Notes under the pieces: model-generated | The model's database searches: none | Told to the model about the DNA's origin: nothing | The model's input: the letters and a program-made list of their open reading frames with translations, nothing else | Position numbers and translations under genes: made by a program | Origin: Candidatus Aenigmatarchaeota archaeon | GTDB lineage: Archaea; Aenigmatarchaeota; Aenigmatarchaeia; CG10238-14; SCSR01 | Reading direction: 5' to 3' | DNA length: 64,000 nt | Assembly: GCA_039000165.1 (NCBI GenBank) | Contig: JAWBTW010000001.1 | Coordinates: 1 to 64,000 of the forward strand | Shown here: one piece after another, positions 38,468-46,556 of the stretch | Position numbering within the stretch: the first letter of the stretch is position 1 | Layout: every line of letters begins with the position of its first letter

Positions 38468-41400
38468 ACTAACGCCCTTAAAAGCCTTTCAAGTAAGTTA
38501 AAGTTTGTGATCAAAGGAATTCCAAATTCTACAGCCTTTCTTCTTAAATAATATTCTAAATCACTCTCTTCTGAAGGTACGTTTATCACTAGCTTTATTT
38601 CTTTGTTAGCTAGCAAATCTAATACCTCTTCTTTTATTTCTCTTGCGTGGAATAAATAGTTAAAGTTTTGGTAAATACTTGAAGGGACAAAAACTTGGAA
38701 TCCTTTATTTTCGAGCAACCTTCCTATCTCTGCTCCTAAGCTGTTGTTTGAGATTAATAAAACTTTGTCACCTGGCTTTGGTATATTAATACCGCTTGCC
38801 ATCAAAGATTTAATAAAAGCTTCCTCAAAACTTTGACCAAAGCAGGCTACTTCTCCTGTAGAAACCATTTCAACGCTTAGTATAGGATCTGCTTTTTCTA
38901 GACGCATAAAAGAGAACTGTGGTGACTTTACTCCATACTTCTTAGGAACTTTTTCTCCATCAAGAATCTCTTCTCCAAAAATTGCTTTAGCAGCTAGTTC
39001 CATCAAGTTTATTCCTATTGTTTTTGAGACAAAAGGCATGCTTCTACTTGCTCTTAAGTTGCATTCAATAACGTAAGCTTCATTATCCTTAACAAGGAAC
39101 TGAACGTTAAAAGGGCCAATAATCTTAAGTTTTCTTGCTATGTTTTTTACATAAACCCTAATCTTTCTTTTTATTTCTTCGCTTAAACTTATAGGAGGAA
39201 TTGTCATGGTAGCGTCGCCTGAATGAACTCCTGCTTGTTCGATATGCTCAATTATTGCTCCTATGAAAACGTTTTCTCCATCACTTACTCCGTCAACTTC
39301 AACCTCTTTTGCTCCTTCTATAAACTTCGAAACAACAACAGGGTACTCTCTTGAAACTTTCGAAGCAAGTTTCAGGTATTCTTCTAGTTCTTTTTCATTT
39401 TTTGCAACTTTCATGGCAGAACCTGAAAGGACGTAAGAAGGCCTGATCAAAACAGGATAGCCAAAATCTTGAGCAAACTCTTTTACTTTATCTATACTTT
39501 CAGCCTTGCACCATTCTGGTTGAGGAATTCTTAATTCGTTTAGCAAAGAGCTAAACTTTGCTCTATCTTCAGCTCTATCTATGCTTTCTGCGCTTGTTCC
39601 AAGAAGTTTTACACCAAAGCTTGCAAGTTTCAAAGCTAAGTTGTTTGGAATTTGACCACCAACGCTTACTACTACTCCTAAAGGATTTTCCTTTTCAACT
39701 ATATCCAAAACTCTTTCTAGGGTTAATTCCTCAAAGTAAAGTTTGTCCAAAACGTCAAAATCTGTAGAAACGGTTTCTGGGTTATAGTTTATCATTATAA
39801 CTTCATCAACCTTATTTTTTAAAGCCCAGGCCATGTTCACGCAGCACCAGTCAAACTCTACGCTTGAACCAATTCTATAACAACCTGAACCAAGAACAAT
39901 TGCTTTTGTTTTGTTTGGAAATTCTATATCATCCTTTTCGCCATTATAAGTTAGGTAAAGGTAATTTGTTTGAGCAGGCCACTCAGCCGCTAGCGTATCT
40001 ATTTGTTTTACTACAGGCAAAATTCCAAAAGATTTTCTTTTTTCTCTAACTTCTTTCTCACTTATTCCCAAAAGTTGGGCGATTTTCTTGTCAGAAAAGC
40101 CAAGCTTTTTCATTTCTCTTAAGCTTTCTTTGTCTAAACTCTTGAAATTTCTTTCAGCTTCAACTATTTCTTTTATTTTAAACAAGAACCATTTGTCTAT
40201 TCCTGTGAGCTGGTAAATTTCTTCTATTTCCATCCCTTTTTGTATAGCTTTGACTATGTAGAAAAGTCTTTGGTCTGTCGGGTTTTCCAATTCTTCTTTT
40301 ATTCTTTCTAAATCCTCTTCTAAATCTTGAGTATCAGTAAGCTCTTTTCCTATATCAAGCATTCTAACTGCTTTTTGCAAGGCTTCTTCAAACCTTCTTC
40401 CTATTGCCATTACTTCACCTACAGATTTCATTTGAGTTCCTATTCTTCTGCTAACTTTCCTAAACTTTTGAAAATCCCATCTAGGAATTTTAACAACTAT
40501 GTAATCCAAAGCAGGTTCGAAGCATGCAGTAGTAACTCCAGTAACTTTGTTTTTAAGCTCTGGTAAAGTATAACCTAGAGCAAGCTTAGCAGCTATATAA
40601 GCTATAGGGTAGCCTGTAGCCTTTGAAGCTAAGGCAGAACTTCTTGAAAGTCTTGGATTAACTTCTATAACTCTAAACTCTTCGTTTTTCGGGTTAAGAG
40701 CAAATTGAATGTTGCATTCCCCTATAATTTTTAAAGCTCTTACTACTTTGAAGCTTACGCTTCTTAGTAAATGATATTCTCTGTTTGTCAAAGTTTGGGA
40801 AGGAGCAACAACTATACTATCGCCAGTATGAATTCCCATGGGGTCAAAATTTTCCATATTGCAAACTATTGCGCAATTATCTTCACAATCTCTCATCACT
40901 TCATACTCAACTTCCTTCCATTTTCCTAAGTATTCTTCTATTAAAACTTGTTTTATTCTGCTGTGAGCTAAGCCACGAGAAACAATTTCTTTAAGCTGGT
41001 TTTCATCATAGGCTACGCCTGTTCCTTGGCCGCCAAGAGTATAAGCTACCCTTACCATTACAGGATAGCCTATTTTATTAGCAACTTCTATAGCTTCTTC
41101 TATACTATTTGCTTTCCCGCTTCTTGGAACAGGAATTTTATTTTCAGTTAAAATTCTTCTGAATTTTTCTCTGTTACTTGCGTTTTCTATTGCTTCTACA
41201 CTAGTTCCCAAAACTCTTACGTTATACTTTTCATAAACCCCTCTTTCAAAAAGTTCAACTCCGCAATTCAAAGCAGTTTGGCCACCAAAAGTTAAAAGAA
41301 TTCCATCTGGCCTTTCTTCTTCTATCACTTTTTCGACAAAATCCGGAGTAATTGGTAAGAAATAAACTTTATCCACAAACCTCTCATCAGTTTGAATTGT

Positions 41401-41556
41401 TGCAACATTTGGATTAACAAGAATTACTTTTATTCCTTCTTCTTTTAAGGCTTTTATTGCTTGCGCTCCTGAATAATCAAACTCCCCAGCTTCACCTATT
41501 TTTATAGCTCCTGAACCAAGGATTAAAACTTTATTTATTCCTTTTAGCCTTGGCAT
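38464..41556 (-). CDS. carB: carbamoyl-phosphate synthase large subunit
   Basis: GEFDYSG, duplicated ATP-grasp domains, IEVNPRLSRSS. Confidence 0.96.
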   Translation of the reverse strand: MPRLKGINKVLILGSGAIKIGEAGEFDYSGAQAIKALKEEGIKVILVNPNVATIQTDERFVDKVYFLPITPDFVEKVIEEERPDGILLTFGGQTALNCGVELFERGVYEKYNVRVLGTSVEAIENASNREKFRRILTENKIPVPRSGKANSIEEAIEVANKIGYPVMVRVAYTLGGQGTGVAYDENQLKEIVSRGLAHSRIKQVLIEEYLGKWKEVEYEVMRDCEDNCAIVCNMENFDPMGIHTGDSIVVAPSQTLTNREYHLLRSVSFKVVRALKIIGECNIQFALNPKNEEFRVIEVNPRLSRSSALASKATGYPIAYIAAKLALGYTLPELKNKVTGVTTACFEPALDYIVVKIPRWDFQKFRKVSRRIGTQMKSVGEVMAIGRRFEEALQKAVRMLDIGKELTDTQDLEEDLERIKEELENPTDQRLFYIVKAIQKGMEIEEIYQLTGIDKWFLFKIKEIVEAERNFKSLDKESLREMKKLGFSDKKIAQLLGISEKEVREKRKSFGILPVVKQIDTLAAEWPAQTNYLYLTYNGEKDDIEFPNKTKAIVLGSGCYRIGSSVEFDWCCVNMAWALKNKVDEVIMINYNPETVSTDFDVLDKLYFEELTLERVLDIVEKENPLGVVVSVGGQIPNNLALKLASFGVKLLGTSAESIDRAEDRAKFSSLLNELRIPQPEWCKAESIDKVKEFAQDFGYPVLIRPSYVLSGSAMKVAKNEKELEEYLKLASKVSREYPVVVSKFIEGAKEVEVDGVSDGENVFIGAIIEHIEQAGVHSGDATMTIPPISLSEEIKRKIRVYVKNIARKLKIIGPFNVQFLVKDNEAYVIECNLRASRSMPFVSKTIGINLMELAAKAIFGEEILDGEKVPKKYGVKSPQFSFMRLEKADPILSVEMVSTGEVACFGQSFEEAFIKSLMASGINIPKPGDKVLLISNNSLGAEIGRLLENKGFQVFVPSSIYQNFNYLFHAREIKEEVLDLLANKEIKLVINVPSEESDLEYYLRRKAVEFGIPLITNFNLLERLLRALV

Positions 41557-42656
41557 TTTTTCACCTCTTTTAAGAACAAGTCAAAAAGGAATTCTGTGTC
41601 TAAAGGACCAGGAGAGGCTTCTGGATGGAATTGCACTCCGAAAATACTTTTTTTCTTGTGTTTTATTCCTTCTATTGTTTTATCGTTAGCGTTTATGAAC
41701 CAAGGCTCAAAATCGGTTTCTTTCAAAGATTCTTCTTCTACAGCATAGCCATGGTTTTGACTTGTTATGTAGCATTTTTTTGTTTTCAAATCAATTACAG
41801 GGTGGTTTTGGCCTCTGTGACCAAACTTAAGTTTGTAAGTTTTTGCACCAGAAGCTAAGGCGAGAATTTGGTTTCCAAGGCAAATTCCCATTATCGGTAA
41901 CTCAGTTTCTAAGAGTTTTTTCACTGTTTCTATGGTTTCTTTAACCATTTCTGGATTTCCTGGGCCGTTTGAAATAACTATTCCGTTTGGTTCAAAGTCA
42001 AGAATTTTATCACAAGAAAAATTGTAAGGAACTCTTATCACACTAAAATTTCTTTCAAGCAGACTTCTTAAAATTCCGTATTTTGTCCCACAATCTATCA
42101 AAACAACTTTTCTTTTCCCAGAATTATATTCTATTGGCTTAGAAATACTAACCTCTTTAACCAAATTTCTTTTGTTTGGGTCCTCTATTTTATTCAGTTT
42201 TCCTTTTATTTCTTCTAAATCATAATCTCCAACTTTTAGAATTCCAAGCATAACTCCCTTTATTCTTAATTTTTTTGTTAGTTCACGAGTATCTATTCCT
42301 TCTATTCCTGGAATTTTTTGCTCATAAAGCCATTCTTCTAAACTTTTCTTACAAGTCCAGTGGCTTGGGTTTCTCTGAAGCTCAGAAATAACATAACCTT
42401 TAACTTTTATTCCTTCGGACTCGAAGTGCAAAGGAATCCCTTTTTCTTTTATAGAAAGGGAAGGTACTCCATAGCAACCTATAAGAACATAAGTTTGAAC
42501 AAGAATTTGACCGAAATAAGAAGGATCTGTTAAAGCTTCTGGGTAGCCTACCATTCCAGTATTAAAAACAACCTCACCAGAAACTTCACAAGGATAACCA
42601 AAGCCTTTCCCTTCAAGAATTGTTCCATCTTCAAGGGCTAAAATTGCTTTAACCAA
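41544..42656 (-). CDS. carA: carbamoyl-phosphate synthase small subunit
   Basis: TDPSY, SNGPG, GICLG and QFHPEASPGP. Confidence 0.96.
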   Translation of the reverse strand: MVKAILALEDGTILEGKGFGYPCEVSGEVVFNTGMVGYPEALTDPSYFGQILVQTYVLIGCYGVPSLSIKEKGIPLHFESEGIKVKGYVISELQRNPSHWTCKKSLEEWLYEQKIPGIEGIDTRELTKKLRIKGVMLGILKVGDYDLEEIKGKLNKIEDPNKRNLVKEVSISKPIEYNSGKRKVVLIDCGTKYGILRSLLERNFSVIRVPYNFSCDKILDFEPNGIVISNGPGNPEMVKETIETVKKLLETELPIMGICLGNQILALASGAKTYKLKFGHRGQNHPVIDLKTKKCYITSQNHGYAVEEESLKETDFEPWFINANDKTIEGIKHKKKSIFGVQFHPEASPGPLDTEFLFDLFLKEVKKCQG

Positions 42657-42697
42657 TGCCCACTCTTATTTTTGTTTTTTGAAGTATTTAAAATTAA

Positions 42698-43396
42698 TCA
42701 AATTATATTGTAAAGTCTTAGAACGATTTGTTTCGAATCTGGTTCAAACAAGCCGTATTTTTCAAGGTTTGAGGAATAAGAAATGAAAGAATCTTCATAA
42801 TCTTCAACTTTTTTTCTAAACTCTTCTATCTTATTTTCTTTTATCCATTTTCCAATCTTAATTTTTTCTCCTTCAAAGCAGCCTGGACAAAGCTCTATTT
42901 CCACATACTTTTTATCAACATGTAAAAAAGGATATTTCTTACAAACTCCAGGCCTAACAGGATAAATTTCGCATAAGTTTGAATTGCTCAGGAAAATGCA
43001 TTTACCGTCAGGCTTTTGTTTAAGAGTTAGAATATCATCAGAAACTTCAAAGTAGTGCTTGAAGGTTTGTTTTCTATCAAGGCCGATAAAAGAACAGATT
43101 TTTTCAAATTCTTCTGGAAGAACAGAAACTTTCCTTTTGATACAGCAATCGCCATCTTTTATACAATTGAAGTAAAAAAATTCTTCTTTGTTCAAAATGA
43201 GGATTGGGAGGAAAAATTCTCCTGTGTATTGCAATTTTATAAGTTTATCTCTTCCGTAAACTTTTGTTACAAGCTTACAAGCTTGTATAGCATACTTGTT
43301 TCTTGAAAAGATTGCTGGGTCATTTCGAAAAAGGCCTAATATAGAAAGAGTTCTTAGGATTTCTTCTGGTTTTATCACGACTTCAAATTTTTCCAT
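42698..43396 (-). CDS. YkgJ-family cysteine-cluster protein
   Basis: CIKDGDCC and CIFL...CEIYPVRPGVCKKYPF. Confidence 0.8.
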   Translation of the reverse strand: MEKFEVVIKPEEILRTLSILGLFRNDPAIFSRNKYAIQACKLVTKVYGRDKLIKLQYTGEFFLPILILNKEEFFYFNCIKDGDCCIKRKVSVLPEEFEKICSFIGLDRKQTFKHYFEVSDDILTLKQKPDGKCIFLSNSNLCEIYPVRPGVCKKYPFLHVDKKYVEIELCPGCFEGEKIKIGKWIKENKIEEFRKKVEDYEDSFISYSSNLEKYGLFEPDSKQIVLRLYNII

Positions 43397-43454
43397 AATG
43401 AAATTTTAGAAAAAAAGCTTTTAAGATTATAGTAACTCAGATAACTAAGTTCAG

Positions 43455-43599
43455 CGCCGAGGCTGGGATTTGAACCCAGAAGGGGCAAAGCCCCACCAGC
43501 TTTCTCAACTCACCTCCGACTCATCATTAGTCAGAGTCAAGCCATTTTATCATTGAAAGACTCAAGGCTGGCGCGTTAGCCAGGTTCCGCCACCTCGGC
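43455..43599 (-). tRNA. tRNA-Ser(TGA) with 59-nt canonical 37/38 intron (43502-43560)
   Basis: GCCGAGG/CCTCGGC acceptor, CCAGC-CTTGAG|A-GCTGG anticodon arm, long variable arm, G73. Confidence 0.93.
43502..43560 (-). ncRNA. intron-encoded box C/D sRNA
   Basis: C ATGATAA, 12 nt, D' CTGA, 3 nt, C' ATGATGA, 12 nt, D TTGA; terminal TTC/GAA stem. Confidence 0.8.
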
Positions 43600-43628
43600 T
43601 TCCTCATCTTTATTCAGACCTTGAGTCT
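43600..43628 (-). ncRNA. tRNA 5'-leader guide plus D/C' kink-loop module targeting own U34
   Basis: AGACTCAAGGT-CTGA-ATAAAG-ATGAGGA; guide antisense to pre-tRNA GCCTTGAG|TCT. Confidence 0.7.
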
Positions 43629-43694
43629 AATTAAAATATGAGTTTTAATTTTAAAATATTAGAACTTAAAAATTAAATTTATCAAATTAATTTT

Positions 43695-44054
43695 ATGAGT
43701 GCTGTTTTACAAGCTTTAAGTATATTGCTTTTGTTTCTTGGAGAAGCTTTAGCGATTTATTCTGAGATTGCTGGCGCAAACAAAGTTTTAAATGAGAATA
43801 AAATATCAAGCGAAACATTCCTTTGGTTTTTTCTTTTGATAACTATCGCAGGATTACCTTTAATAGCTGGTTATTTTTTGGGAATAATTGCTTTTAAAAA
43901 CATTTGGATAGTAAGCGTAGTTTCAATAGTTTCTATTTTGATAGTAGAACCAATTTTAGCCTATTTAATTTTTAAACAATTCCCAACTTATGGAGCGTTA
44001 ATTGGTTTAATTCTAGGTTCAGTTGGTTTGATTATAACCTTAGTTGTAAAGTAG
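43695..44054 (+). CDS. four-TM SMR/DMT-like membrane protein
   Basis: Four hydrophobic helices, 119 aa. Confidence 0.65.
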   Translation: MSAVLQALSILLLFLGEALAIYSEIAGANKVLNENKISSETFLWFFLLITIAGLPLIAGYFLGIIAFKNIWIVSVVSIVSILIVEPILAYLIFKQFPTYGALIGLILGSVGLIITLVVK

Positions 44055-44084
44055 AAAATTTTTGTAAAATTTAAATAAGAAAAA

Positions 44085-44333
44085 TTAATCTCTTTTCTTT
44101 AAACTTTTGAGAAATTTGACGTAATTCTTTAAAAAAAGAAAATCCCCTAAAATTGTAATTCCTAGCTCTGCCCCAAGAATGTATGGATTTTGTTCGGCAG
44201 CCCTAAAATATCCTTTTGTTGCTATCTCATAAAACAAAAGGTTTTGAAGAAAAAGAGCGCCACCTGTTATACTATAATAAGCTATGTCTAAAATCTTTTC
44301 CTTATAATTCTTCAATCTTACTGCTTTTTTCAT
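44085..44333 (-). CDS. small membrane protein
   Basis: Two hydrophobic segments. Confidence 0.55.
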   Translation of the reverse strand: MKKAVRLKNYKEKILDIAYYSITGGALFLQNLLFYEIATKGYFRAAEQNPYILGAELGITILGDFLFLKNYVKFLKSLKKRD

Positions 44334-44414
44334 GGGAAAAAGTTAAAAACAAAAAAATTTAAGCTTTTTTTGCTTCTCGGAAATAAAAAATACCATAAAA
44401 GTTAATTTTAATTT

Positions 44415-45062
44415 ATGAATGAATTTTTGCTTAACAGGTTTTTAATTCCTTTGGTTTTAACTGCAATTTTCTTTTATTTTCAAGCTTATTGGAAAAATTT
44501 GGAAAATTTTCTCAAAAAAAGAATTAAAAATAAAAGGAAGCTTGAAACCTTTTTGTTTTTATTAGATTGCTTAAAAGTTAAGAGAGCAAGTTTAAAAAGA
44601 ATTGTTTTTGTTCCTGTAGTTTATTCTATCCTGCTTGAAGTTTTTCTTTCTTTAATTTTTCATAGCCCTTTGCACGGATTTTTTGAGCCAGTTTGGTTTG
44701 CAGGTTTGACCTCTGGCTTTCTTTCTCCAATTGCTGAAGAATTTTTAACAAGAGCTGTATTTCTTGGCTTTTGTGGTTCAGGCTTACTAGCTGTTTTAAA
44801 GTTGAGAGGAGTGAAATTTAACAGAGAAAAAGAGTATGCTTATTATTTTGTATGGCTTCTTATTTCCTCGCTTGTTTTTGTTCTTGCTCATGAAAATTTT
44901 ACTCTTTTCCAGTTTATTCTTAGGTTTTCTCTTTCTATGCTTTACGGAATTCTTTACTTAGTTAACAGAAGAAATGTTTTACCCAGCATAGTAGCTCATG
45001 CTAGTGCTAACTGGTTTATAATCTTGAAGGATTATATACTTGGGTTTGAAAGTATTATTTAA
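44415..45062 (+). CDS. CPBP (CAAX/Abi) intramembrane glutamic protease
   Basis: PIAEEFLTRA, FVLAH and IVAHASAN. Confidence 0.85.
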   Translation: MNEFLLNRFLIPLVLTAIFFYFQAYWKNLENFLKKRIKNKRKLETFLFLLDCLKVKRASLKRIVFVPVVYSILLEVFLSLIFHSPLHGFFEPVWFAGLTSGFLSPIAEEFLTRAVFLGFCGSGLLAVLKLRGVKFNREKEYAYYFVWLLISSLVFVLAHENFTLFQFILRFSLSMLYGILYLVNRRNVLPSIVAHASANWFIILKDYILGFESII

Positions 45063-45072
45063 AGTAAGTTTT

Positions 45073-45357
45073 TCACTCCCTCACTATTCTTCCACTTCTT
45101 GGTACAGAAACCTGAAGCTTATCCCTAAACTCAGTAACAAAAGCTCCTGTTATTGAAACAGTATCACCTATGCTTACAGCTTTTATTTGCTCTCCCCATA
45201 AGGTTAAAGTTACTTGCCCAGTTTCATCTTCAATAGTAGCGTCGGCAACACTTCTTTTTCCATACCTTGTCATTACTTCACGCTTATCAGAAATGTCAAT
45301 AACTTTTGCTCTTAAGCTTACATTACTCATTCCATTTTTTAACTCGTTTATCTTCAT
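45073..45357 (-). CDS. ssb: single-OB-fold ssDNA-binding protein
   Basis: MKINELK, VADATIEDETG and LTLWG. Confidence 0.85.
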   Translation of the reverse strand: MKINELKNGMSNVSLRAKVIDISDKREVMTRYGKRSVADATIEDETGQVTLTLWGEQIKAVSIGDTVSITGAFVTEFRDKLQVSVPRSGRIVRE

Positions 45358-45361
45358 TCTT

Positions 45362-45562
45362 TCACAATTTTAAATCGTGTTTAAAGTTATTAAGCTTTGC
45401 TTTCTCTAAAGGCCAGGCATCTTCTAAAAGCAGGTCAGGAACGTTTTCTAGAACAGGAAAAGCAAGCTCGCATTTTTTGCAAACCAAAAACATTTCCCTT
45501 TCTTCTATCTTTTCCTTACATTTTGGACAAGCCAAAATTTCTAAAAGCTCTTTTGGAAGCAT
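45362..45562 (-). CDS. Trm112-family protein
   Basis: LLEILACPKCK...CKKCELAFPV..VPDLL. Confidence 0.88.
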   Translation of the reverse strand: MLPKELLEILACPKCKEKIEEREMFLVCKKCELAFPVLENVPDLLLEDAWPLEKAKLNNFKHDLKL

Positions 45563-45596
45563 AAGGATTATTTGAAAATTTAAAAATAAAACTTTT

Positions 45597-46556
45597 TTAT
45601 TTGAAACTTGGATAAGTTCCAGGTTTTATGAAAACCTTATCAGTTTTTATTGCTATCCCTTTTTTCCTTTCAAACATTTCCTCGCTATTCAAAACAGCTT
45701 TTCCTAAGGCAACTAACTCTTCTTTCAAAGAATAAACAGCTACTATTTCATTTTTCTCTATTCCTTCTTGAATTCTTGTTAAGCCTGAGCAGAAAACTGG
45801 CGCTCCATGACAAATTGAATCGACAGCAGAATCTTTAACAAAAACTCTTTTTAAGTGCAAAACAGCAAACTCAACAGGAATCAAAATTTCTTTTAAAAAT
45901 TTTTCATTTCCTTCTTTCCAAAATTCATAAGCATCCCTAATCTCCACTAAGGAATGAGCCTGCTCTTCAGTAAAATTTCCTGCTTTTGTCCTTCTTAGCT
46001 CAGTTAAATGAGCTCCTATTCCTAAGCTTAAGCCTAAATCGCTAACAAGCTTTCTTATATAAACTCCAGCTTGGCATCCAACTTTAAACAAAACATCCTT
46101 TCCTTCAATTTCCAAAATATCAAAAAAATAAACTTTTTTTTCTCTTGGTTTTCTTGCAACTGCACTTCTTACAGGCGGGACTTGAACTATTTTCCCAACA
46201 AACTTTTTTACTCCTTCTCTTAAAATTTCTTCATCAACTTGCTTGTGTAAGTGCATCACTCCTACGTATTCTTTATCTAAACCTAAAAGCACACTCATAG
46301 CTTTTGTTGCGTTATCTAAGGCTACAGGTAAAACTCCGGTCACGCCAGGATTTCCTCAAAGTTCTAAGGTCCCAGCATGACCAGCCTTTTTTGCTTGAAA
46401 TATTTCCTTTACCCACTGAGTTACTTGATGGCTTGTTGGTCCTGCATGCTTATCAACTATTATCACTGAATTTTTTATTTGCTCTTCTATGCTTCTCTCG
46501 CTAGGTCTTTTACCATAACTTTCGTCAGTTTCTTCCTCTGCTTTAATCAGCCAGAT
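45597..46556 (-). CDS. cbf5: H/ACA RNA-guided pseudouridine synthase Cbf5, interrupted by a 12-nt intron (46352-46363)
   Basis: Exon 1 ...DKHAGPTSHQV...KKAGHAGTL-G, exon 2 AT-PGVTGVLP...QVPPVRSAV...PUA; 315 aa after splicing; probable ATC start. Confidence 0.9.
46352..46363 (-). other. bulge-helix-loop pre-mRNA intron in cbf5
   Basis: AACTTTGAGGAA carries an in-frame TGA; CCTT/GAGG central helix; 13-bp exon-exon helix. Confidence 0.88.

Noticed and set aside
43562..43564. TGA-anticodon tRNA as selenocysteine or suppressor tRNA
   Set aside because: Anticodon UGA reads UCA (Ser); tRNA-Sec has anticodon UCA, and Fdh has Cys at the Sec position
46355..46358. TGA in cbf5 as readthrough/recoding or a pseudogene stop
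   Set aside because: Readthrough would not restore the catalytic Asp; exact intron excision does, and other genes end normally at TGA
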